Below are positions 57,660-64,000 of a stretch of 64,000 bases of DNA, piece after piece (the first letter of the stretch is position 1; every line of letters begins with the position of its first letter). The notes below the pieces were generated by a model. The model did no database searches, had not been told where the DNA came from, and worked only from the letters and a program-made list of their open reading frames with translations. A program made the position numbers and the translations under genes. The DNA comes from an uncultured Elusimicrobiales bacterium (GTDB taxonomy: Bacteria; Elusimicrobiota; Elusimicrobia; Elusimicrobiales; Elusimicrobiaceae): NCBI GenBank assembly GCA_944324645.1, contig CALUXB010000001.1:428837-492836 (forward strand), given 5' to 3'.

Positions 57660-59261
57660 ATGAACATAGCAGATACATTAATAGGCAAAAATATGAAGAC
57701 CCATCCCGAAGCTTTGGGGCTGTATATCGGGATGGATGAAATGTATATTGCACAAAGTTCCCGCAAGGACGGGGGCGTTGTGCTGGAGTCTTTATTGCGT
57801 GTGCCTATTGCGGCCGTGGACCCCAGCAAATTGAAACCTTTGGAGTTAAATGAAGGGTTTTTTAGCGAAGAGAATTGGTTAGAAGCATTAACCAAGGTGG
57901 CAGCCAAGAAGAAATGGAATAATCATCAAGTAGTAGTGTCTTTGGCGCCGGCGTTTTCTCTATTGCGGCATTTTGTTATTCCGACAATGATTGAGCGGAA
58001 ACATTGGAAAGAAGCGATTCCTTTGCAGGCGCGCAAATATATTCATTTTCCATTTGAGAAGACCTTATACTCTTATTATGTGTATGAGTTTGAAACGGCA
58101 GCTACCAAACAGAAGCGTTTGGGGGTGATTTTTACGATGACTCCCAAGACAGTAGTGGAACGCATAGAAAAAGGGCTTAGAAGCGTAGGCTTAGACCCAA
58201 TTTCCATAGAGCCGTCTCCTTTGTCTTTAAGCCGTGCTTTTGGAGATAGTGACAAAGAAGCGGTAGATGCTTCCGGTCGCATTTATTCTTTCTTCGGTAC
58301 GGAGTTGGCTAGCTTTATTTTTACTAATCAAAATGCCCCGGTGCTTTTGCGTGAGGTAGAGATATCGGGTTCTCTGCCGGTGGAACGCCGCCGTTTTGAA
58401 ATTACCAACTGTACGGAATTTATTGCTAAACAGCTGGAAAAAGACCCGTTTGAAGAAGCGGTCATTATGGGGTGTGATACGGAGAATTGGACCCCCTTAT
58501 TGGAGGCGGATTCCAAAAAGCCGGTCCGCAAGTGGAATTTGAGCGAAGTATATGGTATAGAAACTAAATCTGCCGGAGAAATAGCGGCCATTGGTGCCAG
58601 TATGAAATTTTATGACACCAAAAGCCCGGATTTAGATTTCATTAAACGCAATCGTTTAAGCGATTATGAATTTAATGCCGGATTGATGTTTTGGAAAATA
58701 GCCGGAGTGGTGACCGTGTTTTTCTTATTGTTATTAGGAAAAGCCTGGTGGAGTGTTTATTCATCCTCTTCAGAATTGGCTCAGGCAAAACGTCAAAATG
58801 CAAATCCCATTGCAGACTTTGAAGGGTTAACGGCATCGCAAATTCAAAGTAACTTAAGCCGTATTAAAAGCCAAAATGACAGTTTGCAACAATTAACCCA
58901 GCGTAATACAATTACGCCGCTGTTGGTGGATGTGGCAGCGGCTATTCCCCCGCAGATGTGGATTTCCACTCTCTCTTACAGGGAAGATTTCCCGGCTAAG
59001 CGTGGGGATGTGCGTTCTTTTACATTTGAGGGATTTATTAAAACGGGCAATTCCGAACAGGATTTGACGGTAGGGAAACAGTTTTATGATAAACTGGTAC
59101 AGATGCCGGCCATCAAAGCCCTGTGCGGAAATACGGCGGAAATTAAATATAAGGACTTAGCCACCGGGTCGCAAAAAGATGCTGCCAAAAGACGCGATAC
59201 GAATGTGGGTATGCAGACATCTTTTACGTTCACTTGCAGCAAAGGAGGTTCTGCCAGATGA
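57660..59261 (+). CDS. PilM-PilN fusion-like type IV pilus assembly protein
   Basis: PilM-like actin fold (QARKYIHFP, SIEPSPLSL), internal TM helix, PilN-like IPPQMWISTLSY. Confidence 0.78.
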   Translation: MNIADTLIGKNMKTHPEALGLYIGMDEMYIAQSSRKDGGVVLESLLRVPIAAVDPSKLKPLELNEGFFSEENWLEALTKVAAKKKWNNHQVVVSLAPAFSLLRHFVIPTMIERKHWKEAIPLQARKYIHFPFEKTLYSYYVYEFETAATKQKRLGVIFTMTPKTVVERIEKGLRSVGLDPISIEPSPLSLSRAFGDSDKEAVDASGRIYSFFGTELASFIFTNQNAPVLLREVEISGSLPVERRRFEITNCTEFIAKQLEKDPFEEAVIMGCDTENWTPLLEADSKKPVRKWNLSEVYGIETKSAGEIAAIGASMKFYDTKSPDLDFIKRNRLSDYEFNAGLMFWKIAGVVTVFFLLLLGKAWWSVYSSSSELAQAKRQNANPIADFEGLTASQIQSNLSRIKSQNDSLQQLTQRNTITPLLVDVAAAIPPQMWISTLSYREDFPAKRGDVRSFTFEGFIKTGNSEQDLTVGKQFYDKLVQMPAIKALCGNTAEIKYKDLATGSQKDAAKRRDTNVGMQTSFTFTCSKGGSAR

Positions 59262-59884
59262 CAGCACCTGTGAAATCTCCCAATAAATTTGTGGAATCAA
59301 TAAAAAAGGGTTTAGAAGACATTAAACTGGTAATGGAAGAAGGCAATTATAAACTTTTCCTTAAACAGGTTGTATTTATTATTGTCATTTTCTTAGGGTA
59401 TCGTTATTGCAATACAGCATTAACAGATAAGGTCTCTAATATCCAAGGCCAAATCGCCGCTTTGCGTGCCCAGCAAACCAATGAACAGGAATATTTGGCC
59501 AGCAAAAATAAGCTGTTGGATTTAGAGCCGCGCTTCCCGGATTTGTCTATGAAGAACGATTGGCTGTTGCGCCAAATCGTAGCGGTATTTCGTGATTCTA
59601 ATCTGACTCCGCAGTTGGGCTCTTCCCAGGCGGAAGATACGACCAATCCTTCTTACACGGTAGTAGGCATTCCTGTAACTTTGGATGCTTCCTATGCGCA
59701 GTTTGGTCAGTTATTGGCTAACATTGAAAACCGTACGGAATATCTGCGGATTTCTGACTTTACGCTTACTAAAAGTACAGAACAGTTGGGTCAGAATAGT
59801 ATTAATATACGTATTAACACCATTTTCCCTAAAGAAAAAATAGCCGCACAAATGTTTAAAGATGTGGCGGGGGGGAAGAAATGA
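59258..59884 (+). CDS. pilO: PilO-like assembly protein
   Basis: TM plus coiled coil; SYAQFGQLLANIEN..YLRISDF; ATGA overlap. Confidence 0.78.
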   Translation: MTAPVKSPNKFVESIKKGLEDIKLVMEEGNYKLFLKQVVFIIVIFLGYRYCNTALTDKVSNIQGQIAALRAQQTNEQEYLASKNKLLDLEPRFPDLSMKNDWLLRQIVAVFRDSNLTPQLGSSQAEDTTNPSYTVVGIPVTLDASYAQFGQLLANIENRTEYLRISDFTLTKSTEQLGQNSINIRINTIFPKEKIAAQMFKDVAGGKK

Positions 59885-60759
59885 ACTGGTATATTTTTGT
59901 TTTTACTTTTTTGGCGGTTTTTTCTTTCCAGACCGGTTGGGCTCAAACGGAAGTGGGGCCTGCTTTGCCGGATTTGACACTTCCTGCTGAAGTGGAGATA
60001 GTGGAAGAACAAACGGAACAAGTAGCTGCAGTACCGGCTCCTGCACCGGTTAAAGCGAAAGCCGCCGTTTCTAAGAAAAGTTCTGCCAAAAAGACCGCAG
60101 CTACTAAAAAAACTGCTGCTTCAAATAAAAAAGCTGCTGCTTCTGCAACACAGCAACAGCCACTTCCCGCACCAGTTGTAGATGCCGCGCCGAATGCGGT
60201 GGTGCCGGAAGTAACCAATGCGGCGGCTAAAGTAAATAATGAAGAAATTGTGGTTGAAAATTTAATGACGCAAGCGGAGGTTGCTCCGGCTCCTGCGGCG
60301 CAAGTTACGGCAGCTCTTCCTGCCGGTCCGGGACAAGCCGCTTCTAATGCGTTACAAACTAATCAAGCAGTAAAAGTAACGTTAGTGGCTTACAATCCGC
60401 CAACGGACCGGGATCCGACGCTGTCGCCGGACGATACTTTGTTGTTGAAGCATCGGGAAGAAGAACGTTTGCGAGCTTTGGAAGCAGAACGCAAACGTAA
60501 ATTGGAAGCGGAGCGCCGCCGTTTAGCAGAGCTGGAACGCCAACGTCAGTTGGAGTTAGAGCGTTTGCGTGATCCTTCCCGTGAAGTGCGCGGTAAAATA
60601 CGTGTTAGCGGCATTATCGGACAGGAAGTTTTTATTGGGAACAAAATTTATTCCGTGGGCCAAAGCGTATTGGGCGCGCGGATAGTAAGTGTTCAGCCTG
60701 ATTCAGTTGTGTTCACATATAAAGGCCAAAAGTTTACAAAGAAAGTAGAATTGAAGTAA
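59881..60759 (+). CDS. PilP-like protein with Ala/Pro/Lys linker and charged coiled coil
   Basis: DRDPTLSP; C-terminal VSGII...IYSVGQSV.GARIVSV; located between pilO and the secretin. Confidence 0.65.
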   Translation: MNWYIFVFTFLAVFSFQTGWAQTEVGPALPDLTLPAEVEIVEEQTEQVAAVPAPAPVKAKAAVSKKSSAKKTAATKKTAASNKKAAASATQQQPLPAPVVDAAPNAVVPEVTNAAAKVNNEEIVVENLMTQAEVAPAPAAQVTAALPAGPGQAASNALQTNQAVKVTLVAYNPPTDRDPTLSPDDTLLLKHREEERLRALEAERKRKLEAERRRLAELERQRQLELERLRDPSREVRGKIRVSGIIGQEVFIGNKIYSVGQSVLGARIVSVQPDSVVFTYKGQKFTKKVELK

Positions 60760-60790
60760 AATCATTTATGGATTGTACACAGGAGGATAG

Positions 60791-62374
60791 ATGAAACATC
60801 GGTTAGGAGTTTTTCTGGCTTTGTTGATGGCAGCGTCCGCAGCTGCACCAGTTGCGGCGCAGAATTCCGTGGCGGAAGCTACCACCATTATGGCCGAGGA
60901 AACTGTAAAGTTGTCCGGGGAGTCTGATCTGTATAAGGAAGCGGAAGTGTCTTCCCCGTTGGAGCGCAAGGTATCCATCCGCGTAGCCAACGTGCCCATA
61001 TCCGCATTTCTCAATAGTATTACAACTCAGGCCGGAATCAACTTTATTATGAGCGAAGAGTTTGCCAATAAAAAGGTAACCGCTTCGCTTACGAAAGTAA
61101 CGGTTCGGGAAGCCTTGGACACCTTGTTACGTGTGCACGGTTTAACCTATCAGCGTATCGGCAAGAGCGAAAGTTATGTGGTTACTAAACGTTCCAATGA
61201 TGCGCCAGATACAATTACGAAAATTTATACACTGAGCTACATCTCCTTGCAGGCTATTGGCTCTCCTTCCAGCGAGCTCAACAGCATTATGCCGCAGGAT
61301 GTGTCCACCACGGGCTCCAGCTTAGGGAGCAGCTATTCGTCTTCCTCTTATACAGATGGAGGTATTGGTGGTTCTTCTAATGGCGGTGGGGATGCTTATT
61401 CTGGCACAGCTGAAATTATTGGCATCGTCAAGAGTATGCTTTCACCAGTGGGGCGTATTGCGGTAGATCCCCGCACCAATAAGCTCATTATTACCGATGT
61501 GGCGGAAGTGTTTCCCCAAATTGAAAATATTTTGGCGGAGCTGGATATTAAGCCGCCCCAAATCTTGATTGAGGCACAAATTGTAGAAGTGAGCAAAACC
61601 AGCGGTTTAACGTTAGGGTTTGAATACGGCGGTACGGACGGTACGTTGGTGTCTTTCTCTGGCCCGAAACGTGAGATTACTTCTGAATTTATGCACGGTT
61701 ATGCTTCCGATGGAACGACTAAACTGAGCGGCTGGGATTGGATTTTCCCCAGCAATGCGGACTTAAACGATACGGGTTCCAGCTCTTCCAGCAGCAGCAG
61801 CTCGTCCTCTTCCAGCGAGAATGAAAGTGAAGGCGGTGTGCTGGACTTTACGGCTTTTAAAATTATTTTGAAAAGCTTGTTGACCCGCGGTGAGGCCAAA
61901 TACTTAGGTAAGCCCAAAGTGGTAACGCTTAATAATAAAACGGCTACGATCACCACCTCTACGGATGCAACGGTCGGTTTCACGCAGTCTCAGTCCGGCG
62001 GCGGTGATAATACATTGACCGTGGCTGGCGCGGAGAGAAAACGTGTAGGGTTGACTTTGCAAGTGACCCCGCAGGTGAACCGTGAAGGCTATGTAACATT
62101 ATATGTACAGCCGTCTTATTCGGACTTGGTCAGCTCCGGTTTTGACAATACCAAAGATACTACCACCCGCGCGGCTTCTACGTTGGTGCGTGTGAAAAAT
62201 GGGCAGACGGTAGTTATTGGCGGTTTGTTGACTTCCCGCGAAACGGACCAAACCCGCAAGGTGCCCCTCTTGGGTGATATTCCCATATTGGGCTGGCTCT
62301 TTACCAGCCGCAGCACCTCTAAAAATACTACGGACTTAGTCATTTTTATTACGCCGACTATCTTGGCGGAATAA
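60791..62374 (+). CDS. pilQ: Secretin (PilQ/GspD family)
   Basis: DPRTNKLIITD, QILIEAQIVEV, TLNNKTATI, GQTVVIGGL, KVPLLGDIPILGWLF. Confidence 0.9.
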   Translation: MKHRLGVFLALLMAASAAAPVAAQNSVAEATTIMAEETVKLSGESDLYKEAEVSSPLERKVSIRVANVPISAFLNSITTQAGINFIMSEEFANKKVTASLTKVTVREALDTLLRVHGLTYQRIGKSESYVVTKRSNDAPDTITKIYTLSYISLQAIGSPSSELNSIMPQDVSTTGSSLGSSYSSSSYTDGGIGGSSNGGGDAYSGTAEIIGIVKSMLSPVGRIAVDPRTNKLIITDVAEVFPQIENILAELDIKPPQILIEAQIVEVSKTSGLTLGFEYGGTDGTLVSFSGPKREITSEFMHGYASDGTTKLSGWDWIFPSNADLNDTGSSSSSSSSSSSSSENESEGGVLDFTAFKIILKSLLTRGEAKYLGKPKVVTLNNKTATITTSTDATVGFTQSQSGGGDNTLTVAGAERKRVGLTLQVTPQVNREGYVTLYVQPSYSDLVSSGFDNTKDTTTRAASTLVRVKNGQTVVIGGLLTSRETDQTRKVPLLGDIPILGWLFTSRSTSKNTTDLVIFITPTILAE

Positions 62375-62487
62375 AAACGGGTCCTGCTGAAAGTTTTTGC
62401 TTGCCCCCTTTTTTGCTTTTGTAGAAAAAGGGGGCAAGCGGCAAAAAAAGGGTTAGATAATACCATAAGAGCGTAAAGGAAGGAAAA

Positions 62488-64000
62488 ATGGCGAAAGAAT
62501 TAAGCGAAATTTTAGTGGAACAGGGTACCATTAATGCAGACCAGCTCAAACGTGCTGAATTGTACGCAAAGCAAAATAACGCCACATTAGCGGAAGCGGT
62601 CGTTTTGTTTGGCTTTGCAACGGAGGAGCAAGTTACTTCTGCATTGGCTAAACATTTTTCCCTCCCTTACGCTTCTAAGGAAAACGGCATTTTAATTCCG
62701 GAGCGGGACCAAGATTTGCAAAAACTGATTCCGGAAAAGTTTGCGCGTGAAAATCTAGTAGTGCCTTTGTTTATTGAAGATAATGAATTGGCCATAGCTC
62801 TTTATGACCCTTCCAACCTCTTTTTAATTGATAACGTGCGTATGATGGCAGGCAAAGAGGTGCAAGTATTCATTGCCAGCAAGAGTCAAATTTTAGCGGT
62901 GGTGGATTCTTTTTACGGCCATAAAAACCTGTTGGACGAAGTAGTCAAAGAAACCGGGGAAACTAAAGATACAGCTGTGCCGGTGGATGAAGATGTGCAG
63001 GTGGAAGCGGGCAGCTTGGACTTGGATAAAGCTTCGGGGACGTCCTCTCAGTACATTAAGCTGGTGAACGCTATTTTAAAACAGGCCATATCGGAGCGTG
63101 CCTCAGATATTCATTTGGAACTCTTTGACGAGCGCGTAAGCTTGCGCTTCCGTATTGACGGGTCTTTATATGAACGTACGCCGCCCAACAAGGATTCTGT
63201 ATCAGCTATTATCTCTCGTATTAAGATTTTGTCTAAACTGGATATTGCGGAAAAACGTTTGCCGCAAGACGGCAGCTTTAGTATCAAATACCAAAACCGT
63301 ACGATTGAGGTCCGTGTATCTGTCTGTCCGGCGGTATATGGGGAAAAACTGGTGCTTCGTATTTTGGACCGCGGTACTGGGGAAATGAATGTAGATAAAT
63401 TAGGTTTTGAGCCGGAACAAAAGAAGGCCTTTTTGGAAGCCTCTCATTTGCCGCACGGGCTTATTTTCTTGACGGGGCCTACCGGTTCGGGTAAATCTAC
63501 TACGCTTAACGCGGTATTGACCACTATTCGCACACCGGAGCTTAACTTTATGACGTTGGAGGACCCAGTGGAATATAAACTGGCGGGTATTAGCCAGGTG
63601 CAAGTGAAACCGCAAATTGGGTTGACGTTTGCTGCGGGGCTGCGCTCTTTCTTGCGTCAAGATCCGGATGTAATTCTGGTGGGGGAGGTGCGCGATAACG
63701 AAACGGCTGAAGCCTGTTTAAAGGCTGCTTTAACGGGGCACTTGGTGCTTTCTACTTTGCACACCAACGATGCGTTGGGCGCTATTCCGCGTTTGATTGA
63801 TATGGGGATGGAGCCTTTCTTGTTATCTAGCTCTTTGGCCTTGGTGGCGGCCCAGCGTTTGGTGCGTATTTTGTGCCCATACTGCAAGGTGCCTTATCAG
63901 CCCGACCCGGCTGTTGTGGCTAAAATAATTAATGAAGGGCGTTTTAACCCGCGTGAAGTAGGTACTTGGACGTTTTATAAGGCCGTAGGCTGCCCTAAAT
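62488..64000 (+). CDS. pilB: Type IV pilus assembly ATPase PilB/GspE (3' end truncated by the window)
   Basis: In frame from ATG 62488: ASDIHLE, RFRIDG, LDIAEKRLPQDG, GPTGSGKSTT, EDPVEY, RQDPDVILVGEVRD, TGHLVLSTLHTN. Absent from the ORF track because it has no stop in the window. Confidence 0.95.
   Translation, partial: MAKELSEILVEQGTINADQLKRAELYAKQNNATLAEAVVLFGFATEEQVTSALAKHFSLPYASKENGILIPERDQDLQKLIPEKFARENLVVPLFIEDNELAIALYDPSNLFLIDNVRMMAGKEVQVFIASKSQILAVVDSFYGHKNLLDEVVKETGETKDTAVPVDEDVQVEAGSLDLDKASGTSSQYIKLVNAILKQAISERASDIHLELFDERVSLRFRIDGSLYERTPPNKDSVSAIISRIKILSKLDIAEKRLPQDGSFSIKYQNRTIEVRVSVCPAVYGEKLVLRILDRGTGEMNVDKLGFEPEQKKAFLEASHLPHGLIFLTGPTGSGKSTTLNAVLTTIRTPELNFMTLEDPVEYKLAGISQVQVKPQIGLTFAAGLRSFLRQDPDVILVGEVRDNETAEACLKAALTGHLVLSTLHTNDALGAIPRLIDMGMEPFLLSSSLALVAAQRLVRILCPYCKVPYQPDPAVVAKIINEGRFNPREVGTWTFYKAVGCPK

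Noticed and set aside
1-64000. CRISPR arrays, IS elements, integrases, prophage genes, rRNA
   Set aside because: No regularly spaced repeats or recombinase, transposase or phage motifs were seen, including next to the three tRNAs.

Overview
Chromosomal window from an LPS-producing, fermentative bacterium with balanced GC content. The lineage is probably Elusimicrobiota (Elusimicrobium/Avelusimicrobium-like); this is inferred from the many dispersed PilE-like genes plus AdhE, PTS and Kdo/Lpt content, not from a marker gene. About 50 CDS and 3 tRNAs are supported: surface-polysaccharide genes, adhE/rex, dnaB-alr-mlaEFD-radA, a MATE pump, a GlcNAc PTS operon with an EIIA-HPr-EI fusion, nadB, slyD, guaC, a kds/lpt operon, tig, an O-antigen-ligase/TPR protein and a type IV pilus assembly operon truncated at the window end. 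No CRISPR array, rRNA, transposase or integrase was seen. Main observations: (1) the two solitary AT-rich pilin genes, 40 kb apart, share an upstream TTG-T12 tract fused to a perfect 17-20 bp inverted repeat with three mirrored substitutions; (2) a non-canonical 18-bp 7-4-7 operator (TRGATAT-N4-ATATCYA) sits at the same position behind both divergent adhE and rex promoters; (3) a 1794-aa protein has about 13 PAS domains and a GAF but no output domain; (4) two small ORFs (33 and 55 aa) are missing from the ORF track. All calls were made by eye from motifs; no database searches were run.
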